Assembly (NCBI GenBank): GCA_937876225.1
Contig: CALFIC010000078.1
Location: 20,402-84,401 of the forward strand
From: an uncultured Chloroflexota bacterium
GTDB lineage: Bacteria; Chloroflexota; Chloroflexia; Chloroflexales; Roseiflexaceae
Reading direction: 5' to 3'
DNA: 64,000 bases
Of the stretch, positions 29,041 to 39,226 are shown in pieces. How positions within the stretch are numbered: the first letter of the stretch is position 1; the number at the start of each line of letters is the position of its first letter. The notes beneath the pieces are model-generated. The model ran no database searches. It saw only the letters and a list, made by a program, of their open reading frames with translations, and had not been told where the DNA came from. Position numbers and translations under genes: made by a program.

Positions 29041-29972
29041 CCAAGCGACGTGGCGGATTAGGGAGTGGGCTCGATGCGCTCCTTCCCAATACATCAATGA
29101 ATCCGAGTAGTGATAACACATCAATTCGTGAAATACCGATTGGCGATATACGACCCAATCGCTATCAACCACGGAAAACATTTGATGAACAAGCAATCAT
29201 CGATTTGGCCGAGTCAATCAAAGAGCACGGTATCGTTCAACCACTCTTAGTAACCCGATTACCAAGTGGCGGTTATGAATTAATCGCTGGTGAACGTCGC
29301 TTACGGGCTGCCATTCAAGCAAAGTTAACTGTTGTTCCGGTAGTTATTCGTGAGAGCACTCCCCAAGAGATGCTTGAAATCGCTATTATCGAAAACATCC
29401 AGCGTGCAGATCTTAATCCGATGGAAGAAGCATTAGCCTACCAAGCACTCAAAGATGAATTCAATCTCAGCGATGAATTAATTGCCAAACGCATGGGTAA
29501 GGCGAGTCGTGTTCAAATCACAAATACACGCCGGTTGTTACGGTTAATTGATTCTGCCCAAATAGCACTACGTGCTGGACAAATCAGTGCTGGTCATGGA
29601 CGTGCACTGCTAAAGGTTGATGACCCACAAGACCAACATACGATGCTCGATTGGATTATGCGCGAAAATATGACTGTACGCGAAACCGAGCAGCTTACCG
29701 ATCAGCCATTTTCAGAACAAACAATCCGCACGCAAATCGCAAAGTTACGCGGTGCAACCACAAATAATCCAGATACAACAACAGGGAAGCCACCAAAACA
29801 AGTCGTAGATTTGATTGACGAAACTAGTATTGATGATCGGAATATTGCCAAGGAACTAGAAAACCGCTTGTCAACGCCAGTAACAATCCAACGTACGCCT
29901 CGTGATGTCCGGCTGACCCTGGTATTCCATACACATGAGAAGCTCCAGGAATTTTTGGATATGTTTAACTAA
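29037..29972 (+). CDS. parB: Chromosome partitioning protein ParB/Spo0J
   Basis: 311 aa with ParB box motifs (IRPNRYQPRK, LIAGERRLRAA) and an HTH region. Confidence 0.93.
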   Translation: MTKRRGGLGSGLDALLPNTSMNPSSDNTSIREIPIGDIRPNRYQPRKTFDEQAIIDLAESIKEHGIVQPLLVTRLPSGGYELIAGERRLRAAIQAKLTVVPVVIRESTPQEMLEIAIIENIQRADLNPMEEALAYQALKDEFNLSDELIAKRMGKASRVQITNTRRLLRLIDSAQIALRAGQISAGHGRALLKVDDPQDQHTMLDWIMRENMTVRETEQLTDQPFSEQTIRTQIAKLRGATTNNPDTTTGKPPKQVVDLIDETSIDDRNIAKELENRLSTPVTIQRTPRDVRLTLVFHTHEKLQEFLDMFN

Positions 29973-30025
29973 TCGCATCGTGTTTCAGGTTTATTCTATT
30001 GGGACCTGGTATTGCGAGGGGTACC

Positions 30026-31804
30026 ATGCTTATTGAACTTAGTATTACGAATTTTGCAATAATTGAACAGGTAAATCTACGCTTCCATGCAGGATTTACC
30101 GTATTGAGCGGCGAAACCGGCGCAGGGAAATCGATTATTATCGATGCGCTTGGTATGCTTCGTGGTGATCGTTTTGATGTAGGGTATATTCGCACACACA
30201 GCGACAAAGCACGCATTGAAGGTGTTTTCCATGTCGATAAACAAAGTGCTGTGCACCAATTACTCGAAGATCATGGACTCAATGACGAAGACGAAGACCA
30301 GATTATCATCCTCCGTGAAATAGCCCGTGATACCGGGCGTACAATCACCCGAATTAATGGTCGCGCCGTAAACAATAGTGTCCTTCGTGAACTAGGGACA
30401 AGTCTCATCGATATCCAAGGACAACATGAGGGAATGTCATTATTTAATTCCAAAACACATCTTGATATGCTTGACCGTTTTGGAAAACTCATGCCGCTTC
30501 GACAACAAGTATCTGAGTACGTAGCACAACTCCGCACCATCCGCCAAGAATTAGCATCGCTACGACAGGCGGCCCAACAACGCAATGAACGGATCGCCGA
30601 ATTAATGCAACTGCGTGATGATGTATTGTCTGCGGCGCTCGTAGACGGCGAAGAAGAGCGGCTCACACAAGAACGCGCCCTCATTCATAATGGCGCGCGG
30701 ATTACTGAGCTCGTCTCGAGCGCCTATCAACTACTCAATAATGACGAACGTCATTCTCGTGCGTTTGTCACTGCGTCAGTGTTGCTTAGTCAAAACTTGA
30801 GTGATCTGGCCAAAATTGACCCAGAGGCCGAATCGCTCGTAAATCAAAGCACTGATATCCAGTACGCAATTGAAGAACTACTCAGTGCAGTGCGGAATTA
30901 TCGTGATCGCATTGATTTTGACCCACAACGCATTGAAGAAATCGAAGATCGTATCACTGTGCTACGGATGATTCAACGCAAATATCGTGCCACCATTACT
31001 GAATTAATCCAACGGGCAAGTCACGCTAATGAGGAAATCGAACGCCTCGAACATAGCGCCGAACATATTGCCCAACTCGAACAACAAGAACAATTGTTAC
31101 GCCGCAAAACAGGCCAACTCGCGCAACAATTGTCTGCAAAACGAGCCGACAGCGCCAAAGTACTGGCACACGCAGTAGAACAATCTGCGCGTGATCTTGC
31201 AATGACACATGTCCGATTCCAAGTCCAACAACAAACAATCCCTGCACTCGATGGTATTATTATCACGTTACCGAACGGCGATTCACAAACTGTTGCCTAT
31301 GACCGTACCGGCATCGATAAAGTTGAGTTTTTAATTGCGCCAAACCCTGGCGAAGAACTTAAATCACTCGCCAAAACAGCATCTGGTGGTGAAGGGTCGC
31401 GACTCTTCCTTGCACTCAAAGCCGTGTTGTCACAAGTTGATACCGTCGAAACAATGGTATTTGATGAGGTCGATACCGGCGTTGGTGGACGGGCAGGTTT
31501 TGTGGTCGGAGAAAAACTGTGGCAAATTAGTCGCCATCATCAAGTCCTCTGTATCTCGCACCTCGCACAAGTAGCGACATTCGGTGATAGTCATTTCGCC
31601 ATCACCAAACGCATTTCAGCCGAACGTACAGCTACCCATGTCGCACCGCTTTCTCAACATGATCGCATTGACGAAATAGCAGCGATGCTCGATGGTCATC
31701 CTGTTACAGACCAAAGTCGCTTGGTAGCTCGCGATATGCTACATCGAGCCCAACAACTCAAATCAAATCATGTAATCCCAGGAGTCGTACAATCTTCGTC
31801 ATAA
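30026..31804 (+). CDS. recN: DNA repair protein RecN (SMC-family ATPase)
   Basis: The ATG at 30026 follows GAGGGG. The translation starts MLIELSITNFAIIE...LSGETGAGKSIIIDAL, has a long coiled-coil middle and a C-terminal SGGE signature and Walker B (MVFDEVDTGVGG). Confidence 0.93.
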   Translation: MLIELSITNFAIIEQVNLRFHAGFTVLSGETGAGKSIIIDALGMLRGDRFDVGYIRTHSDKARIEGVFHVDKQSAVHQLLEDHGLNDEDEDQIIILREIARDTGRTITRINGRAVNNSVLRELGTSLIDIQGQHEGMSLFNSKTHLDMLDRFGKLMPLRQQVSEYVAQLRTIRQELASLRQAAQQRNERIAELMQLRDDVLSAALVDGEEERLTQERALIHNGARITELVSSAYQLLNNDERHSRAFVTASVLLSQNLSDLAKIDPEAESLVNQSTDIQYAIEELLSAVRNYRDRIDFDPQRIEEIEDRITVLRMIQRKYRATITELIQRASHANEEIERLEHSAEHIAQLEQQEQLLRRKTGQLAQQLSAKRADSAKVLAHAVEQSARDLAMTHVRFQVQQQTIPALDGIIITLPNGDSQTVAYDRTGIDKVEFLIAPNPGEELKSLAKTASGGEGSRLFLALKAVLSQVDTVETMVFDEVDTGVGGRAGFVVGEKLWQISRHHQVLCISHLAQVATFGDSHFAITKRISAERTATHVAPLSQHDRIDEIAAMLDGHPVTDQSRLVARDMLHRAQQLKSNHVIPGVVQSSS

Positions 31805-31808
31805 GCAT

Positions 31809-31850
31809 TGCACCCGCATAATAGTATTTATGCGGGTGCATCTATTTGGT
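31809..31850 (+). terminator. Terminator after recN
   Basis: 13-bp perfect stem TGCACCCGCATAA / TTATGCGGGTGCA with a 6-nt loop, followed by TCTATTTGGTT. Confidence 0.6.
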
Positions 31851-31965
31851 TGATTGGTTCGTGAGTATTTGTACAGTCTGACACGCTACCCGCATAACTA
31901 ACACTTGCAGTATGTACAGTAGTGGGATCTGTTTTTAGTATTTTTTTCATACAAAATCGGAGGCT

Positions 31966-34900
31966 ATGGTGCCCAATTCTTCACCTTTTGTTGTCTGGTG
32001 TCGGCGCGTAATCGAATTTGGTTGGTTATTTACAATTGTGTTTATTCCGTCGTATTTCAATCTCCTCTCATCACGACATTTTGAGCCAGACAAAGCCATC
32101 CTATTGCGTGCAATTGTGACGGTACTCTCCGCTATTGCTATCATGCAGTGGATCTATACTGCGGCAAATACACCACCACAAAACACCACCGCAAAACAAA
32201 TTTCTTGGCAACAATGGCTCCGTACATACCCGCTGGTAATCGCTATTATTGCCTATGTTGTCGTGTTTTTGTTGGCCACAGCAACGTCAGTCGTACCAAG
32301 CGTATCGTGGTGGGGATCTTATCAACGGCTCCAAGGAACCTATACGAATTTATCGTATATTGTTTTGGGATTGCTGATAGTCCGTTATCTCACCACTCGC
32401 GAACAACTATTGCGACTAACCGGCATAATTGTGTTGTCTGCAATTATTCCAACCTATTATGGATTTATCCAACACTTAGAACTTGATCCATTACCATGGA
32501 AAGGCGACGTAATTACCCGCGTTGCATCCACCATGGGTAATTCGATTTTTATTGCTGCCTATTTAATTTTGGTTGTCCCGCTGGCAATTGCCTTTGCGAT
32601 TTCGCATTTGCAAAAAGCCCAAATCCAATCAACCCAACCACGTTTTTTTGCCTGGCAATGGGTACTCGGATATCTATTTGCAATTATCGGTGCGTTTGTG
32701 ATTGCCTTCGCGGCAATGCAATTTGGTGCAGTGGTACGTGCCATCGATGTACGCTTTTGGTGGGTCTATCCAGGCTCTTTAGTCTGTGCGACCGCAGCCT
32801 TACTCTTGCCAGCATGGCCAATGCATCGTTCACCAAATCAACGCATTATCATATTCATCCCTGCAATCATTACCATTGTGTATGTCATCATCACGAGCTT
32901 GTCTGCAGCAACAAGTGAAGGCGTCCAATTTATTGCACCGAGTGCAGATCGTTTTGGTGCAAATTGGCAATTGTGGTTGGTTGCAGCAGTGTTGCTACAA
33001 CTCGCCGCCACGGGTTGTTTTGTCATCGCACCAAAAGGGGTCGACGCAGCACCCCTTATCCATTGGGCCGCTGGGATAGGAAGCATCGTCATCGGTGCAA
33101 GTATGCTCCTGACTATTTTTTTCACCCAAAGTCGTGGTCCCTGGATTGGTGGTGGGGTAGGGATTTTTACCTTTATCACCCTCTATCTCATTGATTTAAT
33201 GAGAAACTCTCCTACGCACGCCCAACGGGCAAAACGACTTTTGTTGATAGAATCTGTTGGATTTGTTAGTATTTTGGCATTTTTGTTGGTATTCAACTTT
33301 GCCAATATTTCTGCACTAAAACCACTACGCGATATGCCATATATCGGTCGTATGGGAAAATTATTTGATGTCAGTGCTGGTACCACTGGTGATGTTCGTA
33401 TGAAAATCTGGTTTGGCGATGCAAATGCAGGTGGTACCCTCGGATTAATTAAATCAAATCCCGTGCGTACGGTGATTGGTTGGGGTCCCGAAAGCATGTT
33501 TGTGGCCTATACTCCTTTTTATCCACCAACCCTTGCACACGAAGAATCTCGTAGTGCATCGCCCGACCGTTCACACCAAGCATTACTCGATGAGCTCGTC
33601 AACAAAGGTATCCTTGGGTTATTGAGCTATTTGGCAGTAATTGGCTTTGCGATTGGATTAGCTTTCAAATTACTCCGGCGAAATTCACTTACTGCCGAAC
33701 AACGAATATTCGTTATTTCAGCATTGAGTATAATTGTCGCCCACAATATCGAAGGCCAAGTCGGGATTCCTATCGTCGTGACCTTGATGTTTTTATGGTT
33801 AGCCATTGCACTACTCTTGGTGATCGATTTTCAAACCACACCCGTAAGCGCACCAGCCGAGATAGCAATTACACCCGAAGAAACCAAACCAACACCTGCA
33901 GTTGCAACCACAAACCGGCGCCGTAATCCGCAACGCACACAACCATCTCCAACCCGCAATACATCAACACGTACCGAAGGAAATATTGGTGTGTGGGCTT
34001 TTTGTGCCGTGGTGTTGATTCTCGGTCTAACAATTGCATGGACGTGTAATCTCGACAATGCCCTTGCCGATATGCGCTTCCAGCAAGGCCAAAACTACAC
34101 CGACAGTGCTAATGCGTCTGGGAATCTCGATCAACAAATTATTGGCATGACCTACTATACCGACGCAATTCGCATGGAACCCGACCAAGATTTGTATTAC
34201 CTCAATCTTGGCCGTTCTTTGCTCAAATATGCCGATGTGCGCCGCAGTCAACCACCCACAACGACCGTACCCGTACAACCCATCAACTTGAATGCACTCA
34301 TTCAACAACAAACTCCAGCTGACCTGCAAGCATTCCTTGCCCCTCTTACCGCAAGTGAAGCAACCCAATATGCCGAAGCAACCTTACTCAAGGCGCATGC
34401 ACTTAACCCACTCAATAAAGACCATTTTGCCAATATGGCGCGCCTCTATATTTTTTGGTATACCCGCATTGAAGCCAAACCCGAAATACTCCAAAAAGCC
34501 TTGCAATGGTTTCATGATGGCGTCGATATTGCCCCCAAAGATGTAACGATTCTCAATGAATACATTGAATCGCTCCTCACCTATGCAGATAGCATCAAAA
34601 CTAGTGATCCCGCCACTGCCAAAAAAACTATCGCCGATGCAGATCAGCTCTTGCAACGTTCACTTGCGCTCGACAATAAGTACGTCGATACCACACTACG
34701 TCAAGCCAATGTGTTACGCGCAACTGGAGAATACACGAAAGCCGTGTCTATATATATACCGCTTATTGTTAAAAATCCACGCATACTTGATTCACAAATT
34801 ACAACAATTATTCGCCAACTTGCAACACTACCAGATTTGCTCGCACAAATCCGTGATGCATACAACACCAATCTCAAAGCATCTGATACACTTTCGATTT

Positions 34901-35163
34901 CAATTATCGGATTGCTCTCATCACAACTCAATGATCACGATAATGCGATTCTTGCATTCGGCAAGCTTGCCCAAATGCAACCTGATAGCCTCGAAGCCCA
35001 ACAAAACTATACCCTCGTACTTAGTGATGGCCAACGTTATGCAGATGCAACCATCCAAGCAGAAAAATTAGCGGCGCTTGCCAAAACCAAAGGCGTTTCT
35101 CAAGATAACCTGACTCTCTATACCCAACTTATTGACTACTTCAAAGCGAAAGCTGGTAAGTAA
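31966..35163 (+). CDS. O-antigen ligase/polymerase-like (Wzy_C) polytopic membrane protein with a long C-terminal TPR-like region
   Basis: 1065 aa. GGAGG lies upstream. About 600 aa contain many TM helices, followed by a basic/Pro-Thr linker, one further TM helix and about 350 aa of helical repeats. Confidence 0.7.
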   Translation: MVPNSSPFVVWCRRVIEFGWLFTIVFIPSYFNLLSSRHFEPDKAILLRAIVTVLSAIAIMQWIYTAANTPPQNTTAKQISWQQWLRTYPLVIAIIAYVVVFLLATATSVVPSVSWWGSYQRLQGTYTNLSYIVLGLLIVRYLTTREQLLRLTGIIVLSAIIPTYYGFIQHLELDPLPWKGDVITRVASTMGNSIFIAAYLILVVPLAIAFAISHLQKAQIQSTQPRFFAWQWVLGYLFAIIGAFVIAFAAMQFGAVVRAIDVRFWWVYPGSLVCATAALLLPAWPMHRSPNQRIIIFIPAIITIVYVIITSLSAATSEGVQFIAPSADRFGANWQLWLVAAVLLQLAATGCFVIAPKGVDAAPLIHWAAGIGSIVIGASMLLTIFFTQSRGPWIGGGVGIFTFITLYLIDLMRNSPTHAQRAKRLLLIESVGFVSILAFLLVFNFANISALKPLRDMPYIGRMGKLFDVSAGTTGDVRMKIWFGDANAGGTLGLIKSNPVRTVIGWGPESMFVAYTPFYPPTLAHEESRSASPDRSHQALLDELVNKGILGLLSYLAVIGFAIGLAFKLLRRNSLTAEQRIFVISALSIIVAHNIEGQVGIPIVVTLMFLWLAIALLLVIDFQTTPVSAPAEIAITPEETKPTPAVATTNRRRNPQRTQPSPTRNTSTRTEGNIGVWAFCAVVLILGLTIAWTCNLDNALADMRFQQGQNYTDSANASGNLDQQIIGMTYYTDAIRMEPDQDLYYLNLGRSLLKYADVRRSQPPTTTVPVQPINLNALIQQQTPADLQAFLAPLTASEATQYAEATLLKAHALNPLNKDHFANMARLYIFWYTRIEAKPEILQKALQWFHDGVDIAPKDVTILNEYIESLLTYADSIKTSDPATAKKTIADADQLLQRSLALDNKYVDTTLRQANVLRATGEYTKAVSIYIPLIVKNPRILDSQITTIIRQLATLPDLLAQIRDAYNTNLKASDTLSISIIGLLSSQLNDHDNAILAFGKLAQMQPDSLEAQQNYTLVLSDGQRYADATIQAEKLAALAKTKGVSQDNLTLYTQLIDYFKAKAGK

Positions 35164-35175
35164 TCAGAAAACAAC

Positions 35176-35211
35176 AAAAAGCCCACGAGGCATACGCCTC
35201 GTGGGCTTTTT
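35176..35211. terminator. Bidirectional terminator between the Wzy_C-TPR gene and hup
   Basis: AAAAA-GCCCACGAGGC-ATAC-GCCTCGTGGGC-TTTTT. The stem is 11 bp, with an A-run on one side and a T-run on the other. Confidence 0.85.
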
Positions 35212-35217
35212 AAAAAA

Positions 35218-35490
35218 TTACTTAACGCGGGTTTTCAACGTGCTGCTGGCACTGAAGCCTGGTGTCTTCGTTGCCGGAATGTTGATTTTAGCACCGGTCT
35301 GTGGGTTCACACCTTCACGAGCCTGGCGTTGGCGAACTTCGAACGTGCCGAAGCCTGTCAACGTCACTTTGTCGCCAGACTTCAATTGATCAGCAATAAC
35401 TTCGAGTGCTGCATCAATGACTTCTTTGGTGTCCTTTTGTGACATCTTGGCTTTTTCAGCGACAGCCTTCACAAAGTCAGTCTTTTGCAT
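35218..35490 (-). CDS. hup: DNA-binding protein HU
   Basis: Internal ATG of ORF 35218..35559. The 90-aa product MQKTDFVKAVAEKAKMSQKDTKEVIDAALEVI...GFGTFEVRQRQAREGVNPQTG is typical HU. Confidence 0.93.
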   Translation of the reverse strand: MQKTDFVKAVAEKAKMSQKDTKEVIDAALEVIADQLKSGDKVTLTGFGTFEVRQRQAREGVNPQTGAKINIPATKTPGFSASSTLKTRVK

Positions 35491-35653
35491 TGCATTGTCT
35501 TTCTGCATTAGTATCACGAATTCCAACTTATTTATAATACTTTTTATTTGCGTTGTCAAGTATTTGTCAATAATTAAGTCAAACTGTTTAAATATAAAAA
35601 TATTTTAATTATACCACATTACTTAAATCAATTTACATCATTAAAATATCAAT

Positions 35654-35705
35654 TTGATAACAATACAATATATCCATTAAAATAGATATATTGTATTGTT
35701 ATCAA
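35654..35705 (-). terminator. AT-rich 20-bp inverted repeat downstream of the aldehyde dehydrogenase gene and upstream of hup
   Basis: TTGATAACAATACAATATAT-N12-ATATATTGTATTGTTATCAA, perfect arms. It begins 12 nt after the stop at 35717. The minus strand is T-rich after the hairpin. It could alternatively be a hup operator. Confidence 0.45.
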
Positions 35706-35716
35706 ACAAACCATGT

Positions 35717-37162
35717 TTATTGACCGTCGATGTAAATTGCCTTCTCTTGTGAAAAGAACTCTATCGCCCCTTTACCCATTTCACGGAACATCCCAGAGCC
35801 ACTTTGCTTAAATCCACCGAAGGGCGCTTGGATAGAGACGCCAGCGGTTGGTTGATTGACTTTCAACATACCTGCTTCGGCGCGTTCAGCAAAACGAATC
35901 GCGTTGCGTAAATCATTTGACACTAATGACGCAGACAATCCGTACGGGATGTTGTTCGAAATTGCAAAGGCTTCATCGAGTCCATCAGCTTCGATAACCC
36001 CAATCACCGGACCAAAGACTTCTTCTTGGGCGATCCGTGAATCAGGCCGCACGTGGGTCAACACTGTAGGGCGCAAAAAGTACCCATTCCCCTCCGGTGC
36101 AGATCCGCCAGCCACAATTTGGGCACCTTCGCTACTGGCAATTTGGATATAATCCATATCCGTCTTGTGCTGGCTAGCACTCACCGCTGGTCCCATTTGG
36201 ACACCATCAACGAGTCCCGGACCAACCACTAATGATTGGGCAGCTGCCGCAAGTCGCTTCGAAAACTCAGCTACGATTGATTTGTCGACAATCACGCGAC
36301 TCGTTGCCGTACATGCTTGACCAGTCAAACCAAATCCACCACGCACCACGATATTTACCGCTTTGTCGAGGTCTGCATCAGCGGCCACGATGACCGGATT
36401 TTTGCCACCCATTTCGAGATGCGTACGCGTCAGCCGTGGTGCAGTTTTTTGATACAACGCATGCCCAATTGCATATGAGCCGGTAAACGATACCGCTTTA
36501 ATCCGCGCATCGGTCGCTAGTGTGTCACCAATCGTGCCACCACTACCGGTCACACAATTCACCACACCGGCAGGCACACCTGCTTCATGCAGGGCAGCCA
36601 TCAAACGTAACGCCATCAATGGAGTGGCCGATGCCGGTTTGAGTACTACCGCATTGCCCATCACGAGGGCTGGCGCCATTTTCCATACCGGAATCGACAA
36701 TGGAAAGTTCCATGGCGTGATAATTGCCACCACACCTAACGGCACGCGGACGCTGTAAAGCAACGTCGATGGGGTATCAGCTGGCAATACATCACCACCA
36801 ACCCGCCATGCTTCACCAGCGAAATAACGAAACACTTCGACGGCGCGAATGACTTCCATGCGTGCTTCGGTTTTGGTTTTGCCTTCTTCACGGGTCAATT
36901 CAATCGCCCATTGATCGATTTGAGTTTCAATAATGTTCGCTACTTTGTGCAAAATCCGGCCACGCTCCGGTGCCGGCCGGGCCGCCCAGGCGGGTTGAGC
37001 TGCGGCAGCTGCGGCAATGGCTTGTTGCACATCAGCAATTGCTGAAGCTGGTGCATAGCCGACCAATTCATCAAGCTGGGCCGGGTTGCGAATCTCGAGG
37101 TAATTCCCACTCGTGGGTGCCACCCATTCACCACCAATAAAATTTCGTTGCTTGTCCATCAT
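35717..37162 (-). CDS. NAD(P)-dependent aldehyde dehydrogenase (succinate-semialdehyde dehydrogenase-like)
   Basis: ATGATG at 37162/37159 follows AAGGGG. The translation carries EMGGKNP and the catalytic Cys region GQACTATSR. Confidence 0.88.
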   Translation of the reverse strand: MMDKQRNFIGGEWVAPTSGNYLEIRNPAQLDELVGYAPASAIADVQQAIAAAAAAQPAWAARPAPERGRILHKVANIIETQIDQWAIELTREEGKTKTEARMEVIRAVEVFRYFAGEAWRVGGDVLPADTPSTLLYSVRVPLGVVAIITPWNFPLSIPVWKMAPALVMGNAVVLKPASATPLMALRLMAALHEAGVPAGVVNCVTGSGGTIGDTLATDARIKAVSFTGSYAIGHALYQKTAPRLTRTHLEMGGKNPVIVAADADLDKAVNIVVRGGFGLTGQACTATSRVIVDKSIVAEFSKRLAAAAQSLVVGPGLVDGVQMGPAVSASQHKTDMDYIQIASSEGAQIVAGGSAPEGNGYFLRPTVLTHVRPDSRIAQEEVFGPVIGVIEADGLDEAFAISNNIPYGLSASLVSNDLRNAIRFAERAEAGMLKVNQPTAGVSIQAPFGGFKQSGSGMFREMGKGAIEFFSQEKAIYIDGQ

Positions 37163-37240
37163 ATTCCCCTTTATGGTGCGAAAAGCGACGCAGGATTGCA
37201 TCGCTTTTTGCACAAAAATCATACCGCTCAATAACAACTA

Positions 37241-37873
37241 TCATGCCTGGTAATCGGGATTATCCCACACGATCAACGTGGCATCATTGCCTAATTCTGC
37301 ATCGTGGAGATAATCGTGGATGATGCCACGTACCGTATAGCCATTACGCAACTGTGGTGTCAAGGTAGGGTCTTTCAATTCACCCGTGGCCACTTTGGCC
37401 GCATATTCCGCCAACGACATTTGGTCTTTGTGGAAGCGATACCCCGGCACCATGCCCCCACCCACCATACCACGCAAATTCAGTTTTTTGATCAATGCCT
37501 TGCGTGCAGCATATAACGCCGATGCAACCCCGCGCTGGCGGAATTCGGGCAATGTACTCATATCAGCGCCATACAGCCATTCGCCATCAGATTCGTGATT
37601 GGTAAAAAAACCACTGGCAATCATCTCATCAAATGAATGCTGAGCATGCGCCAAATCGATGTTCCGCCGCAACGATGAGCTCATGCCCACAATCTGATCG
37701 TCGATTACCGCCACATGTTGCCCAGCTGGAAACATACCAACTTGGCTGATGATGTGTTCCCGACGAAACAAATGTGACGGATCGAGTGACGGATAGCAAC
37801 GCTGTTGCAATAATTCGAGTGATTCGGCATCTGCTAATTGCGTCTGCCGAATCATAACCTGTGTCGTTGTCAT
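37241..37873 (-). CDS. GNAT-family N-acetyltransferase
   Basis: 210 aa with an acetyl-CoA binding-type motif (FRQRGVASALYAARKA). Its ATG overlaps the gabT stop by 1 nt. Confidence 0.7.
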   Translation of the reverse strand: MTTTQVMIRQTQLADAESLELLQQRCYPSLDPSHLFRREHIISQVGMFPAGQHVAVIDDQIVGMSSSLRRNIDLAHAQHSFDEMIASGFFTNHESDGEWLYGADMSTLPEFRQRGVASALYAARKALIKKLNLRGMVGGGMVPGYRFHKDQMSLAEYAAKVATGELKDPTLTPQLRNGYTVRGIIHDYLHDAELGNDATLIVWDNPDYQA

Positions 37874-39198
37874 TACAGTACCGACCGCACTGCCGCATCA
37901 AGCACCGCCAAGCCTTCTTGGAGTTGCTCGTCGGTAATCACCAGCGGCATCAACAAGCGCACACAGTTGGTGTACAAACCGGCCCGCATCGTAATTACCC
38001 CGTGTTGCAGACAATAATTACTGATTTTGGCGACTGCCTCAGGATCAGGTTCGCGGGTAGTGCGATCCTTGACAAATTCGATGGCAATCATGCTTCCCAA
38101 GCCACGCACATCACCGACTTTGGGGATCTCACGTTGCCAGGTTTCGCCGAGGGCCTTGATTTGGGCGCCAATTTTTTGAGAGCGCTCGAGCAAATCGCCA
38201 TCCTGGAATTGATTCATCACTTCCAGCGCAGCCACACAGGCCAACGGATTACCGCCGTACGTGCCACCAATCCCACCGATATGGACTTTGTCCATCAATT
38301 CGGCTCGGCCCGTCACCGCAGCCAACGGCATACCAGCAGCAATTGATTTGGCGGTCACGATGATATCTGGCTCGACGCCCATTTGCTCCATAGCGAACAA
38401 CGTCCCCGTACGGCCAAAACCACACTGGACTTCATCGGCAATCAACACAATGCCGTATTTGTCACACAAGGCGCGCAAACGTTGCATGTAAGATTTGGGC
38501 ACCGGGATAAAGCCACCTTCGCCTTGGACAGGCTCAATGATAATCGCCGCTACCGCGTTGGCATCAACGTGGGTCAACAACATACGTTCGAGTTGATCGG
38601 TACACGCGCCACTACACGCGTTTTGACACATGCGACATTGATATTCATAAGGGAAGGGTGCACGATAGACTTCGGGCACGAACGGTCCGAGATTTTTTTT
38701 GAAGGCGGTTTTTGACGTGAGTGACAATGTCAACAACGTACGGCCATGATAGCCACCTTCAAAAGCGATAATCGCTTGGCGGCCAGTAGCTACTTTGGCG
38801 ATTTTGATGGCGTTTTCGACCCCTTCGGCACCACTATTCGCCAAAATCGTTTTGCAGGCCCCGCTAATTGGTACCGCATCATTAAGCCGTTCACACAATT
38901 CGACATAGGATTCATAGGTACCGACGAGTGCCGAAAAGTGAATTAGTTTTTGAGCTTGGGCATGAATCGCGTCAACCACTGCGGGCATGGTATGACCGGC
39001 ATTCAATACACCGATACCGCCCACAAAGTCGATATAGGTGTTGCCGTCTACGTCGGTCACCGTGGCACCATGGGCATGGTCAATGGCAATAGGGTGTGCT
39101 TTGTAGAGGCCACTCGGTACCGCGGCTTCACGACGCGCCACTATTGCGCGTGATTTCGGACCAGGAACTTCGGTTACAAGATTAATTGTCTTTGCCAT
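37873..39198 (-). CDS. gabT: Class III PLP aminotransferase (4-aminobutyrate aminotransferase-like)
   Basis: 441 aa with DEVQCGFGRTGTLFA and the PLP-Lys region IVTAKSIAAGMPL. Confidence 0.85.
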   Translation of the reverse strand: MAKTINLVTEVPGPKSRAIVARREAAVPSGLYKAHPIAIDHAHGATVTDVDGNTYIDFVGGIGVLNAGHTMPAVVDAIHAQAQKLIHFSALVGTYESYVELCERLNDAVPISGACKTILANSGAEGVENAIKIAKVATGRQAIIAFEGGYHGRTLLTLSLTSKTAFKKNLGPFVPEVYRAPFPYEYQCRMCQNACSGACTDQLERMLLTHVDANAVAAIIIEPVQGEGGFIPVPKSYMQRLRALCDKYGIVLIADEVQCGFGRTGTLFAMEQMGVEPDIIVTAKSIAAGMPLAAVTGRAELMDKVHIGGIGGTYGGNPLACVAALEVMNQFQDGDLLERSQKIGAQIKALGETWQREIPKVGDVRGLGSMIAIEFVKDRTTREPDPEAVAKISNYCLQHGVITMRAGLYTNCVRLLMPLVITDEQLQEGLAVLDAAVRSVL

Positions 39199-39226
39199 TG
39201 CAAAAGCCTTTCAACAAAAAATAACC

